Shown in pieces: positions 27,014-38,646 of a stretch of 64,000 bases of DNA. The translations under genes and the position numbers were made by a program. Source of the DNA: Myxococcales bacterium (GTDB lineage Bacteria; Myxococcota_A; Polyangia; Nannocystales; Nannocystaceae); NCBI GenBank assembly GCA_020633295.1, contig JACKDW010000001.1, positions 1,149,828 to 1,213,827 on the forward strand, given 5' to 3'. The notes under the pieces were generated by a model. It was not told where the DNA came from, did no database searches, and saw nothing but the letters and a program-made list of their open reading frames with translations. The first letter of the stretch is position 1, and every line of letters begins with the position of its first letter.

Positions 27014-27544
27014 CTACTCGAGCTCGAGGCGCCAGCGCTTGAGGGCCGCGAGCGAGCGACCGGCCGCGCCGGTGATCGAGAGTCGACGCAGCGCCGCGTC
27101 GGCGTGGTGGTCGAGGCGCAGGGCGAGATGATCGGCGGGCGGGCTGCGCCAACGCTCCGCCCACTCGACCACGACGACCCGGTCCGGGCCGAAGAACCAG
27201 TCCTCTTCGAAGTCGAGCCCGAGGGCCTCGAACGCGGCGAAGCCCGCGAGCTGCCCGTCGCGCGGCGCGTCGAGCCGGAACAGATCGACGTGAACCAGCG
27301 AGACCGGCCCGGGGTGCTCGACGCACAGCGCGAAGGTCGGGCTGCGGACCTGCCGGGGATCATCAACGCCGAGCCCCTCGGCGAGCGCGCGCGTAAAAGT
27401 GGTCTTGCCTGCGCCCATCGGCCCGTCGAGGAGGAGCACCTCGCCGCCCTGCAGCGCGCGCCCGAGCGCGCGCGCGCGCGCGGTCAACTGCTCGAGCGTG
27501 AGCTCTCCTGCGAGCGCGTCCGCGTACTCACCCATGGTACCCAT
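27014..27544 (-). CDS. tsaE: tRNA threonylcarbamoyladenosine biosynthesis protein TsaE (YjeE)
   Basis: P-loop GPMGAGKTTF with the TsaE-specific downstream SPTF motif (SPTFAL). Confidence 0.75.
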   Translation of the reverse strand: MGTMGEYADALAGELTLEQLTARARALGRALQGGEVLLLDGPMGAGKTTFTRALAEGLGVDDPRQVRSPTFALCVEHPGPVSLVHVDLFRLDAPRDGQLAGFAAFEALGLDFEEDWFFGPDRVVVVEWAERWRSPPADHLALRLDHHADAALRRLSITGAAGRSLAALKRWRLELE

Positions 27545-27720
27545 GTCGATCACCGGGGGTCTTCGCACCACATGCGGGGGTCTGGGGCGGCGATTGTACG
27601 GCGCGTCTCGTCATCGCATGCGTGAGTGAGCGCAAGTCCGGGGCGTTTCTCCCCGCGCGCCGAACGTCGCCCTCGCCGCCATTGCACGCCACGAAACCGG
27701 GGTGATACGCCTGCGGTCCC

Positions 27721-29880
27721 ATGTTTGTGGGAGTCGCGGCGTACGGGAGAGCCCGGCGATACGGCGGGCCGGCGCTCGCGGTGTTGCTCGCGCTGACGCT
27801 CGCCTGCGACGCGCCGAGCGTCCCGGAGTCGGCGCCCGTGCCCGAACCGAGCGCGGCGCTGCGACCACCGGAGGCGCGCGGACATGTCCCGAGTGACGCG
27901 CGCGTCGCCGACTACGTCATCGACGCGCGGCTCGACGCGGACGAGCACCAGGTGACCGGCACCGTGCGCATCACGTGGCGCAACCGGACCAGCCGGACCG
28001 TCGACGACCTCCAGCTGCACACCTACATGAACGCGTTTCGAGCCGAGGACACGGCCTGGATGCGAGAGGCGCGAGGAGGTCACCGCGGGTCATCGCTCGC
28101 GCACGAGGACGACGCGCCCGGCTGGGGTTACGTCGATCTGCTCGCGGTCCGCCGCCTCGACCACGAGAGCCCGCCGCCGCCCCGCGGCGCGAGCGAGCTC
28201 TCGGCGGCCGCGCCGGTGCAGCTGCGCTGGGCCGAGGGCGAGGACCCGAGCGTGACCCGCGTCGCGCTCGACGAGCCGCTCGGGCCGAACGACCAGGTCA
28301 CGGTCGAGCTCGACTTCGTGACGCAGCTCCCGCGGGTGTTCGCGCGCACCGGCTACGCGGGCGACTTCCACATGCTCGGCCAGTGGTACCCGAAGATCGC
28401 GGTGCTCGAGACGGGCGGCTGGCGCAACCACGTGTTCACGCTCAACGCCGAGTTCTACGCGGACTTCGGCGACTACACGGTGCACCTGGATGTCCCAGAG
28501 AACATGATCGTCGGCGCGTCCGGCGTGCTCGTCGAGGAGCGCGTCGAGGACGGCCGCAAGCGCCTGCGCTACGACGCCGAGATGGTCCACGACTTCGCCT
28601 GGGTCGCCGACCCCGACTTCGTCGAGCACCTCGGCGAGTGGCACGGGATCCGGATCCGCCAGCTGCTCCAGCCCGAGCACGCGCGCGACGCCCCGCAGCA
28701 CCTCGCGGCCCAGATCGCGGCGCTCGAGAGCATGGAGGCGCGCTTCGGCCCGTACCCGTGGTCGACCATCACGATCGTCCACGTGCCCAAGGAGGCCAAG
28801 GGCGCCGGCGGCATGGAGTACCCGACGCTGTACACGACGTCGGACATCCTCGCGCGCAAGCCGTGGCACGCGCTGGTCGGCTTCGACGAGCGGCTCTCCG
28901 GGGTGTTCACGACCATCCACGAGTTCGGGCACCAGTACTTTCAGGGGCTCCTGGCCTCGAACGAGCAGCGGCAGCCCTGGCTCGACGAGGGCATGAACAC
29001 CTTCTCCAACGGCCTCGCGATCATGGACTGGACGCAGTCTGAGTCGCCCGTCGTCGCGCGCCTCGGCAACCAGGTCGCGACCGTCGATCAGCTCGGGCGC
29101 CTCACCATGCTCGTCAAGACCGACCTCGTGCCCGTCGACAGCGCCGCGGAGGAGTTCCCGAAGCTGACCGAGTCCTACGGCTCGACGGTGTACCGCAAGA
29201 CCGCGGCGCTCATGCAGACGCTGCGGAGCTACGTCGGCCACCCGCGCTTCGACGCGGCGCTGCGCGTCTACGCGGAGCGCTGGCGGTTTCGTCACCCGAC
29301 CGGCGACGACCTCGTGGCCACGCTGCTCGAGCAGCTAGGCCCGCGCGCGACGCTGACTCGCGAGGGCGACGAGCGCGTCGAGCTCGACGTCCGCGACTAC
29401 CTCGATCAGGCGCTGCACACCGTGCGTCGCGTCGACTTCGAGCTCGAGCGCGTGCAGAACCGCCGGGCGGTCTCGAGCGCCGGCTGGCACCGCGACGAGC
29501 ACGGCGCGCTGGTCGGCGGCGAGCCGCCCGCCGAGGAGACGTCGATCGCCGAGCTCGCGGATGACGAGCTCGAGGGCGTCGTCGTCGTGCGCCGCAAGGG
29601 CGACTTCCAGCTGCCGGTCGAGCTGGAGATCGAGTTCTCCGACGGCGCGGTCGTCCGGCGCTGGTGGGACGGGCGCGACGCGTACCGGATCTTCGTGTGG
29701 CCGGGGCGACGGGTCGCGCGCGCGACCGTCGACCCCGACCGCCTGATCGCGCTCGAGAGCTACACGCTCAACAACACGCGCTTCGCCCCCGAGCTCGAGC
29801 GCGACGACGGGCTCTCGCGGCCGATCGGCGACACGGTCGAGCTCGTCGAGCTCGCGCTGCTCGGAGGGCTCGGCCTGTGA
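27721..29880 (+). CDS. M1-family (aminopeptidase N-like) zinc metallopeptidase lipoprotein
   Basis: Lipobox LALTLACDA. HEXXH-(18)-E gluzincin motif IHEFGHQYF...WLDEGMNTF. Confidence 0.7.
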   Translation: MFVGVAAYGRARRYGGPALAVLLALTLACDAPSVPESAPVPEPSAALRPPEARGHVPSDARVADYVIDARLDADEHQVTGTVRITWRNRTSRTVDDLQLHTYMNAFRAEDTAWMREARGGHRGSSLAHEDDAPGWGYVDLLAVRRLDHESPPPPRGASELSAAAPVQLRWAEGEDPSVTRVALDEPLGPNDQVTVELDFVTQLPRVFARTGYAGDFHMLGQWYPKIAVLETGGWRNHVFTLNAEFYADFGDYTVHLDVPENMIVGASGVLVEERVEDGRKRLRYDAEMVHDFAWVADPDFVEHLGEWHGIRIRQLLQPEHARDAPQHLAAQIAALESMEARFGPYPWSTITIVHVPKEAKGAGGMEYPTLYTTSDILARKPWHALVGFDERLSGVFTTIHEFGHQYFQGLLASNEQRQPWLDEGMNTFSNGLAIMDWTQSESPVVARLGNQVATVDQLGRLTMLVKTDLVPVDSAAEEFPKLTESYGSTVYRKTAALMQTLRSYVGHPRFDAALRVYAERWRFRHPTGDDLVATLLEQLGPRATLTREGDERVELDVRDYLDQALHTVRRVDFELERVQNRRAVSSAGWHRDEHGALVGGEPPAEETSIAELADDELEGVVVVRRKGDFQLPVELEIEFSDGAVVRRWWDGRDAYRIFVWPGRRVARATVDPDRLIALESYTLNNTRFAPELERDDGLSRPIGDTVELVELALLGGLGL

Positions 29881-30662
29881 CGGCGCTGCGGCGGGTGCTC
29901 GGCGCGCCGGGCCTGTGGCTCACGATCGCGGCGCTGAAGCTCGCGCTCGCGTTCGTGTTAGTCCGCCCCGCGCGCGCGGTGCTCGAGGCCAGCCTCGCCC
30001 CGTTCACGATCACCTCCGGGCGGAGCGCGCTGCTCATCGAGCTCACGCGGATCATCGCGCGGCACGAGGCGATCGCCGCGGCGCTCGTGACCTCGCTGAT
30101 CCTCACCGCGATCCTCGGCGTGCTGCTGTGGCTGCTGGTCGCGGGCGCCGTGATCACCCGGCTCGCCGCGCGCCGCTCGCTCGACGAGACGCTCGGCGCG
30201 TCGCTGCGCTACCTGCCGAAGATCGCGCTCGTCACCGTCTACTCGCTCATCCCGCGCGCGCTCGTGGTCTTCAACCTCGTCGTCGACCCGCTCGGAATGG
30301 AGAACTTCTGGGCCCGGCTGATCGTCTTCTGGCTCGGCTGGACGTGGTGCACGCTCGCGCTCGACCGCGCCCGCGCGGGGGTCGTGCTGCGCGGCGCCTC
30401 GGCCCTCGATCCGCGCCCGCTCGTCGGCGCGTTCCTCGAGGTCGTCACGCGGCGCCGCGGGCTCGCGGCCGCCGGCGTCATGCTGCTCGGCGGGCTGACG
30501 ATGGTCGCCACGCTCGAGCTCGGCGTCTGGTACCTGGGCGCGCCCTGGGTCGTGTGGGCCGCGCGGCTGCTCGCGATCGTCTCCGTCGGCCTCGCGCTGT
30601 GGCGGATCGCGTTCGCGGTCGAGGCGGCGCTGGACGAGGGCGCGCGAGCGCCGGGCTCCTGA
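29877..30662 (+). CDS. Polytopic membrane protein of unknown function, translationally coupled (GTGA overlap) to the M1 peptidase gene
   Basis: GTG at 29877 overlaps TGA 29878-29880. Several predicted TM helices. Confidence 0.5.
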   Translation: MTALRRVLGAPGLWLTIAALKLALAFVLVRPARAVLEASLAPFTITSGRSALLIELTRIIARHEAIAAALVTSLILTAILGVLLWLLVAGAVITRLAARRSLDETLGASLRYLPKIALVTVYSLIPRALVVFNLVVDPLGMENFWARLIVFWLGWTWCTLALDRARAGVVLRGASALDPRPLVGAFLEVVTRRRGLAAAGVMLLGGLTMVATLELGVWYLGAPWVVWAARLLAIVSVGLALWRIAFAVEAALDEGARAPGS

Positions 30663-30755
30663 GCGCTCGAGCGCCGGGCTCCTTCTTCGTGCCGTCGCGA
30701 AGTCGGTGATACCGACCAACAAGCGGCGCGAGCGGAGCCGCGTTCGAGGGCTGGC

Positions 30756-31697
30756 TTAGGTCAGGCTCGCGCGGCTGAAGTCGGTGAGCCGCGCGAACTG
30801 GTCGAAGCGCTCCTGCACGTCGTCGATCTCGAGGTCGCGCAGGCGGTCGTACGAGAAGCCCTCGACGCAGAAGCTCGCCATCACCGAGCCGCAGATCATC
30901 GCGGTCCGCAGGGTCGAGCCGGAGGGCTCGACGCCCTGCCCCGCGAGGTAGCCCATGAAGCCGCCGGCGAAGCTGTCGCCCGCGCCGGTCGGGTCGACGA
31001 CCTCCTCGAGCGGGAGCGCGGGCGCGACGAAGATGTCGCCGTCGCGATCGAACAGCAGCGCGCCGTACTCGCCGCGCTTGATGACGAGGTTGCGCGGCCC
31101 GAGCTTGAGGATCGCGCGCGCGGCCTTGACGAGGTTCTCCTGGCCCGAGAGCTGACGCGCCTCCTCGTCGTTGACCATGAGCACGTCGACCTTGCGCAGC
31201 ACCGCGAGCAGGTCGTCGCGCGTGGTGTTGATCCACAGGTTCATCGTGTCCATGCCGACCAGCCGCGGCTCGCTGAGCTGCTCGAACACCTGGCGCTGCA
31301 GCGCCGGCTGGATGTTGGCGAGGAACAGGTACTCGCTGCCGCGGTAGCGCGCCGGGAGCTTGGGCTCGAACTGCTCGAACACGTTGAGGTGCGTCTCGAG
31401 CGTCGTCCGATCGTTCATGTTCTCGTGGTAGCGGCCCTTCCAGCGGAAGGTCTTGCCCGCGACGACCTCGAGCCCCTCGAGGTCGACGCCGGCGCCCTTG
31501 AGATCGTCGACGGTCGCGGCCGGGAAGTCCTCGCCGACGACGCCGACGAGCCGCGTGGGCGCGAAGAACGAGGCCGCCATCGCGAAGTAGGTCGCCGAGC
31601 CGCCGACGCTCTCCTCGCGCACGGCCTTGGGGGTGATGATCCAGTCGATGGCGACGCTGCCGACGACGAGCAATTCGGGGCGCTTGGGGGTGTTCAT
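30756..31697 (-). CDS. PfkB-family carbohydrate/nucleoside kinase
   Basis: DPTGAGDSFAGGF anion-hole motif. N-terminal GG motif. Confidence 0.75.
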   Translation of the reverse strand: MNTPKRPELLVVGSVAIDWIITPKAVREESVGGSATYFAMAASFFAPTRLVGVVGEDFPAATVDDLKGAGVDLEGLEVVAGKTFRWKGRYHENMNDRTTLETHLNVFEQFEPKLPARYRGSEYLFLANIQPALQRQVFEQLSEPRLVGMDTMNLWINTTRDDLLAVLRKVDVLMVNDEEARQLSGQENLVKAARAILKLGPRNLVIKRGEYGALLFDRDGDIFVAPALPLEEVVDPTGAGDSFAGGFMGYLAGQGVEPSGSTLRTAMICGSVMASFCVEGFSYDRLRDLEIDDVQERFDQFARLTDFSRASLT

Positions 31698-31834
31698 GGG
31701 CGAGTCTTCCAGGCTTGTGCGGGGCTCATGCGGGCTCGCCCCGGCGCGTTCGCGACGCGCGAGGCGACGGGTGACGAGTGGGCGTGACGAGTGGGCGAGA
31801 CGAGTGGGCGAGACGGTGCGGGGCGACGCGCTCG

Positions 31835-32754
31835 CTACAGCAGGTGCCCCGCGAGCAGATCGATGCGCTCGCGCATCGCCGGCGTGATTTTGCTCGGGTC
31901 CGTCATGATCGCGTGCTCGAGCGCGCGCGGGTACGGGAGCTCGGCGGTCGTCTGCGGCAGCTCGGCGGCGACCTTGACGATCACCTCGCGGGCGCGCGCG
32001 GCGTTCTGCCGGACCACCGCGATCACGGCCTCGACCGAGACCTCCTCCTCGCTCTCGTGCCAGCAGTCGTAGTCGGTCGAGAGGGCCATGAGCGCGTACG
32101 CGATCTCGGCCTCGCGCGCGAGCTTGGCCTCGGGCAGCGCGGTCATGCCGATCACGCTCGCGCCCCAGCTGCGGTAGAGGTTGGACTCGGCGCGCGTGCT
32201 GAACACCGGGCCCTCCATGACGACGTAGGTGCCGCCGTCGTGCACGGTCGCGCCGGCCTCGCGCGCGGCCGCGACGAGGCGCCCGCGCAGGCCCGCGTCG
32301 ACGGGGTCGCCGAACTGCACGTGCGCCGCGACGCCCTCGCCGAAGAAGGTCGCGGGACGGCCCTTCGTCCGGTCGATGAATTGATCGGGGAACACGAGGT
32401 GACCGGGGACGATCGGCGCCTGCAGCGAGCCGACGGCGGACACGCTGATGAGGTGCGTGACGCCGAGCTGCTTGAAGCCGTGGATGTTGGCGCGGTAGTT
32501 GATCTCGTGGGGCAGCACGGTGTGCCCGTGCCCGTGCCGCGGGAGGAACGCGACGCGCACCGGCTCACCGCTCGCGCGCGGGAGCAGCCCGCAGGTGTAG
32601 GCGGCCGAGGGCGCGCCAAACGGCGTCGAGAGCTCGACGGTCTCGACCCGCTGCAGCGCGTCCATGTCGTAGAGCCCGGAGCCGCCGACGACCCCGAGGA
32701 CGACGTGACTGCGAGCTTCGGGGGAGGCCGGGTGAACGCTGGCTGGCGACATCG
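31835..32754 (-). CDS. mtnP: S-methyl-5'-thioadenosine phosphorylase
   Basis: PNP/MTAP family (GVVGGSGLY...FLPRHGHGH...MTALPEAKLAREAEI). ATG at 32752-32754. Confidence 0.75.
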
Positions 32755-32916
32755 CGCCGGAGGATAACGCGCCAGCGCGTCGCGTCCAGCCTGCGCGCGA
32801 CCGACCGACGCGCGATTTTCTCGAGCGACGCGAGCGCGCGCGCTGGCCCAGCGCGCTCACGGCGGGGTCTTCCGGCCCGTGGGAGCCCGGTGTATAGGGC
32901 TCTGCGAGCCTCCTCC

Positions 32917-34506
32917 ATGGAATCGACCCCAACTTCGGCGCGCGCGCGCGGGATCGCGGCCGCAGGTCACGTGATCACGGCCGAGGCCGCGTCGGAGGTG
33001 ATGGCGGCCGGCGGCAACGCGATCGACGCGGTCGTCGCGGCGCTGTGGGCCGCGAGCGTGGCCGAGCCCGTGCTCTCGTCGCCGGGCGGCGGCGGCTTCA
33101 TCCTCGCGCGCACGGCCGACGGCCAGACGCGGGTGCACGACTTCTTCGTGCACACGCCCCGGCGCAAGCGCATGCGCGACGTCGACTTCTACCCGATCGT
33201 CGCGGACTTCGGCGTCGCCACGCAGACCTTTCATATCGGCCTCGGCGCCGCGGCGGTCCCCGGCTTCGTGCGCGGGGTGTTCGCGGCCCACCGCGAGCAC
33301 GGCACGATGCCGATGCGCCGCCTCGTCGAGCCCGCGATCGCGGCCGCGCGCGAGGGCCTGCTGCTGCGGGACTACGAGCAGTACCTGCTCTCGGTGGTCG
33401 GCCCGATCTACAAGATCACGCCGGAGGCCTGCGCCCTGTTCGCGCGCCCGGGAGACGACGGCGCGCCGGCGCTCAAGGGCGCCGGCGATCGCATCGCCAA
33501 CCCCGAGCTCGCCGACACGCTCGAGGTGCTCGCGCGCGAGGGCGACGCGCTGTTCTACGAGGGCGAGATCGCGGCGTCGATCGCGAAGCTCTGCGCCGAG
33601 GGCGGCGGCCACCTCACGCGCGAGGACCTCGCCGGCTACCGCGACGTCGCGCGCCCGCCCCTCGTGCACCACTACCGCGGCGCGCGGCTCGAGCTCAACC
33701 CGCCGCCGGCGCTCGGCGGTCTGCTGATCGCCCACTCGCTCGAGCTGCTCGCGCGCCTGCACCCCGGCGAGCGCGACCTCCAGCGGCTCGGCCGCGGCAG
33801 CCCCGCCCACGCGCTGCTGCTCGCGCGGACCCAGCAGGAGACCAACCGCGCGCGCGTGGCCGCGGAGGCGCTCGTCGAGGGCGGCGAGACGCCGCCGATG
33901 CTCGACGACGTGTGGCTCGATCGCTTCGTCGCGTCGCTGGCTGACACAAAGGTCAGCCAGCGCGGGACCACGCACATCAGCGTCATCGACCGCGACGGCA
34001 ACGCGGCCGCGGCCACCGTCTCGAACGGCGAGGGCTGCGGCCACATGATCCCGGGGACAGGGATCATGCTCAACAACATGCTCGGCGAGGAGGACCTCAA
34101 CCCGCGCGGGATGGGCTCCTGGCCCCTGGGCAAGCGCATGACGTCGATGATGGCGCCGGCGGCGATCCACCTCCCGAGCGGCGACCTCGCGATCGTCGGC
34201 AGCGGCGGCTCCAACCGGATCCGCACCGCGATCCTGCAGGTGATCCTCAACATGGTCGACTTCGGGATGGACGCGCGCGCGGCCGTCGAGGCCCCGCGTC
34301 TGCACCAGGAGGGCAAGCACCTCGACTTCGAAGCGCTCGTGGGTCGCGAGACCCGCGACGCGCTCGCGCGCGCGTTCCCCGATCATCGGGCCTGGCCGAC
34401 GCGCAACATGTTCTTCGGGGGGGTGCACACGGTCGTGCGCGCCGCCTCGGGCGCGCTGAGCGGCGCCGGTGATCCGCGGCGCGCCGGCGTGTGCGTGGTC
34501 GCGTGA
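32917..34506 (+). CDS. ggt: Gamma-glutamyltransferase
   Basis: Autoprocessing-site Thr nucleophile QRGTTHISVIDRDGNA. GGxxG region. Confidence 0.75.
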   Translation: MESTPTSARARGIAAAGHVITAEAASEVMAAGGNAIDAVVAALWAASVAEPVLSSPGGGGFILARTADGQTRVHDFFVHTPRRKRMRDVDFYPIVADFGVATQTFHIGLGAAAVPGFVRGVFAAHREHGTMPMRRLVEPAIAAAREGLLLRDYEQYLLSVVGPIYKITPEACALFARPGDDGAPALKGAGDRIANPELADTLEVLAREGDALFYEGEIAASIAKLCAEGGGHLTREDLAGYRDVARPPLVHHYRGARLELNPPPALGGLLIAHSLELLARLHPGERDLQRLGRGSPAHALLLARTQQETNRARVAAEALVEGGETPPMLDDVWLDRFVASLADTKVSQRGTTHISVIDRDGNAAAATVSNGEGCGHMIPGTGIMLNNMLGEEDLNPRGMGSWPLGKRMTSMMAPAAIHLPSGDLAIVGSGGSNRIRTAILQVILNMVDFGMDARAAVEAPRLHQEGKHLDFEALVGRETRDALARAFPDHRAWPTRNMFFGGVHTVVRAASGALSGAGDPRRAGVCVVA

Positions 34507-34597
34507 GCGTCGTCGCCTCGGCTCACGGGCCGGCGCGCGACCGCGTGTGACTCTCCGCGCGTGGTCAAGCGCGCGGCTTGCTGCTACACTCCCCGCG

Positions 34598-34683
34598 TCT
34601 CGAGGAGCGTTGCGACGGCCGTGTGCCGCCAGGCTCGAGACGCCCCGCGAGAACCAGCGCGGGATCGCAACGGCGCTCGTGAA
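34598..34683 (+). ncRNA. SAH (S-adenosylhomocysteine) riboswitch in the ahcY leader
   Basis: tCUCGAGGAGCGUUGCGAC...gccAGGCUCGAG...caACGGCGCUC matches the conserved cores and P1 pairing (CUCGAG/CUCGAG) of the SAH riboswitch class. Positioned 60 nt upstream of ahcY. Confidence 0.7.
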
Positions 34684-34743
34684 CCGGCCCTCCGCTGTTC
34701 GCGACGCACCGGGCGCGGCGGGCCATTCCCGAAGGAATGTGCT

Positions 34744-36183
<1,440 letters not shown>

Positions 36184-36275
36184 CCCCGTCGCGCGCTCCT
36201 CGGATCCGCCCGCGCCACGAGGCGCGCGCGGGCCCGAGCCCGTTCGGGCGCCGGGCTGCGGTATATGCCACAGCG

Positions 36276-37640
36276 GTGAGCCCGTCCGCGCACGCCGAGC
36301 CCGAGACCGCCAGCGCGCAGGCGCCCGGCCGCCGCGTCGCGCTGTTTATCGCGCGGCTCGTCGCCCGCGACGTCGCGCGCGGGCTCTCGACGCTGATCGC
36401 CGCCGCGCTCGCCGCGTCGATCTGGCTGCACCGGATCATCCCGCCGCCGCAGGTGCGCGCCGACCTCATCGCCGCCGCGCCGCTGCCCCGCGCGCTCACG
36501 CTGATCGCCGCGCTCGCGCTCTACCTGCGGCTGACCGCGCCGCTCGTGCGCACCGCGATCGCGTCGCGTCGGCTCGCGTACCTGCGCCAGCTGCCCATCT
36601 CGCCAGGTCAGTGGAGGGGCGCGCTGACGGCCTCGCTCGCGCTGCTGCACGCGCCCTGGCTCGCGCTCACGGTCTACGGCGTCGCGCCGCTGCCGTGGCC
36701 GTCGGCGCTGGGCTACGGGCTGGCGTGGGCCGGCGCGACGCTCGACGTCCACGTCACGCTCGTGCACCTCGCCGACCGCAGGGCGCCCTGGCGCCTCGGC
36801 CGGCGCGCGCTGACCTACGCCGCGCTCGCCGGGATCGCGCTGCGAGGCTCACCGGCGCTCGCCGGGGTCCTCGGCGCGCTCGCCTGCGGCTGGGCGATCG
36901 CGCGACTCGGTCGCCTCCCGCCCGAGCCCGCGCGCGCGCCCGGCCTCCCCGGGCTCGGCTGGCTCGCGCGACGCCCGACCGCCGCGCTCGCGCGCCTCGA
37001 GCTCATCATGCTGATCCGCCGCGCGCCGCGGTCGCTCGCGCTCGTGGGCGCGCTGCACCTGGCGCTCGGCCTCCACGCGCTGATGGCGTTTCGCAACGGG
37101 GCCGCGCGCCCCGGCGACGGCCTGCCGCGCTTCCTGCTCACGCTCGGCTGCCTCGCCGGCCCCGCGCTCGCGCTCGCGGCCCGGCGCGCCCTCGACCGCG
37201 ATCGCTGGTACCTCGACGCCTTGCCCGTGTCGCGCCGCGCCGCGCTGCTCTCGCCCGTGCTGACCGCGCTGTGCGTCTCGGCGCCCGTGGTCGCGCTCAC
37301 CGTCGCGTCCGCGCTCACCACCATGACGGGTCCGCGCGACCTCCTCATCTTCGCCGACTGCCTCGTGATCGCGCTGTGGCTCGCCAGCGTCGCGCCCTGG
37401 CTGATCGCGCGGGGCGAGCTGCGCCGCGCGCTCGATCGCGGTCAGACGGCCGCCGGCGCGCTCGCGCTGGCGCTCGGGCTCGCCACGCTGCTGCCGCTGC
37501 AGGGTCCCCTCGGGCTGCTGGGGCCGGTCGTCGTGACGGCGCTGCTGCTCGCGCGCGCCGCCCAGCTCGGCCCGCGCGCCGACGCGGCGCGGCGCCGGTT
37601 CGAAACGTCGCGCGACGACGATGACCACGATCAACCCTGA
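36276..37640 (+). CDS. Large polytopic membrane protein (about 10 predicted TM segments), putative permease partner of the downstream ABC ATPase
   Basis: Repeated hydrophobic 20-23 aa blocks. No recognisable motif. Followed 17 nt later by an ABC ATPase gene. Confidence 0.45.
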   Translation: MSPSAHAEPETASAQAPGRRVALFIARLVARDVARGLSTLIAAALAASIWLHRIIPPPQVRADLIAAAPLPRALTLIAALALYLRLTAPLVRTAIASRRLAYLRQLPISPGQWRGALTASLALLHAPWLALTVYGVAPLPWPSALGYGLAWAGATLDVHVTLVHLADRRAPWRLGRRALTYAALAGIALRGSPALAGVLGALACGWAIARLGRLPPEPARAPGLPGLGWLARRPTAALARLELIMLIRRAPRSLALVGALHLALGLHALMAFRNGAARPGDGLPRFLLTLGCLAGPALALAARRALDRDRWYLDALPVSRRAALLSPVLTALCVSAPVVALTVASALTTMTGPRDLLIFADCLVIALWLASVAPWLIARGELRRALDRGQTAAGALALALGLATLLPLQGPLGLLGPVVVTALLLARAAQLGPRADAARRRFETSRDDDDHDQP

Positions 37641-37657
37641 GCCCGCACGCGAACGAT

Positions 37658-38308
37658 ATGTCTGAAGAAGCACACTCCACGGAGACGCCGGCGCTCGTCG
37701 CCGACGCGATCGTGGTCCGCCGCGGCGGCCTGCGGATCCTCGACGGCGCGAGCCTGCGCTGCGGGCCCGGGCTGTTTCACCTCACCGGCGCGAACGCGTC
37801 GGGCAAGTCGACGCTGCTGCGCGCGCTCGCGGGCGTGCTGCCGGTCGCGCGCGGGCACGTCCGCGTCGCCGGTCATGACCTCGCGCGCGCGCCCGTGCTG
37901 GCCCGGCGCGCGCTCGGCTACATGCCCGAGACCGCCGACCTGTTCCCCTACCTGCGCTGCGACGAGCTGCTCGAGACCGTCGCCAGCCTGCGCGGCGCGA
38001 CGCGGGCCGAGGCGCTCGCGCCCCTCGAGCCCCTCGAGATCGGCGCGCTGGCCCGCGCGCGCGTCGGCACGCTCTCCTTCGGGCAGCGGCGCAAGCTCGC
38101 GCTCGCGGCCGCGCTGTGCGGGCGGCCGCGCGTGCTGCTGCTCGACGAGCCCGAGAGCGGCCTCGACAGCCACTCGCTCGCCTACCTCGAGGGACATCTT
38201 CAGGAGCTCGTCCGTGCCGGCCGCACGATCGTCGTCGCTAGCCACCGCGCGCGCCCAGGCGCGAGCGCGACGCTGCGGGTCGAGGGCGGCCGCGTGCGCG
38301 CCCTGTGA
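37658..38308 (+). CDS. ABC transporter ATP-binding protein
   Basis: Walker A GANASGKST. Signature LSFGQRRK. Walker B LLLDEPESGLD. H-loop. Confidence 0.75.
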   Translation: MSEEAHSTETPALVADAIVVRRGGLRILDGASLRCGPGLFHLTGANASGKSTLLRALAGVLPVARGHVRVAGHDLARAPVLARRALGYMPETADLFPYLRCDELLETVASLRGATRAEALAPLEPLEIGALARARVGTLSFGQRRKLALAAALCGRPRVLLLDEPESGLDSHSLAYLEGHLQELVRAGRTIVVASHRARPGASATLRVEGGRVRAL

Positions 38309-38518
38309 GTGATCGCGGTCACAGCTGGCGCAGCGTCCAGAATTCCGGGAAACCTTCGCGCAGTCGCGCGTCGTAGGCGAGCTCGCGCGGCAGCGGCGAG
38401 CGCTCCACCGCGTCGACAAGGTCCCGCGGCGGGCGGTAGCCGTGCTCGGTCACCGCCATGGCGCGCGCCTAGCTTCGCAGCGCCGAGCGCCTGGCGAAAC
38501 GGCCAGGCTCCCGGGCGC

Positions 38519-38566
38519 GAAAAAATTTTTTGACGCTCGACATCCTGGCCTGTACAACCAACACGC
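38519..38566 (+). promoter_or_regulatory. AT-rich sigma70-like promoter (A6T6 tract, TTGACG -35, 17-nt spacer, TACAAC -10) followed by GAACCT-n6-AGGTTC inverted repeat
   Basis: gaaaaaattttTTGACGctcgacatcctggcctgTACAACc. Inverted repeat at 38594-38611. Confidence 0.45.
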
Positions 38567-38646
38567 AGACACAGGGACGCGGCGGTCACAGGAACCTTGA
38601 GACAGGTTCTTTGTGGTCTGTTGGTGCTTTCTGTTACCCTCGCGGC

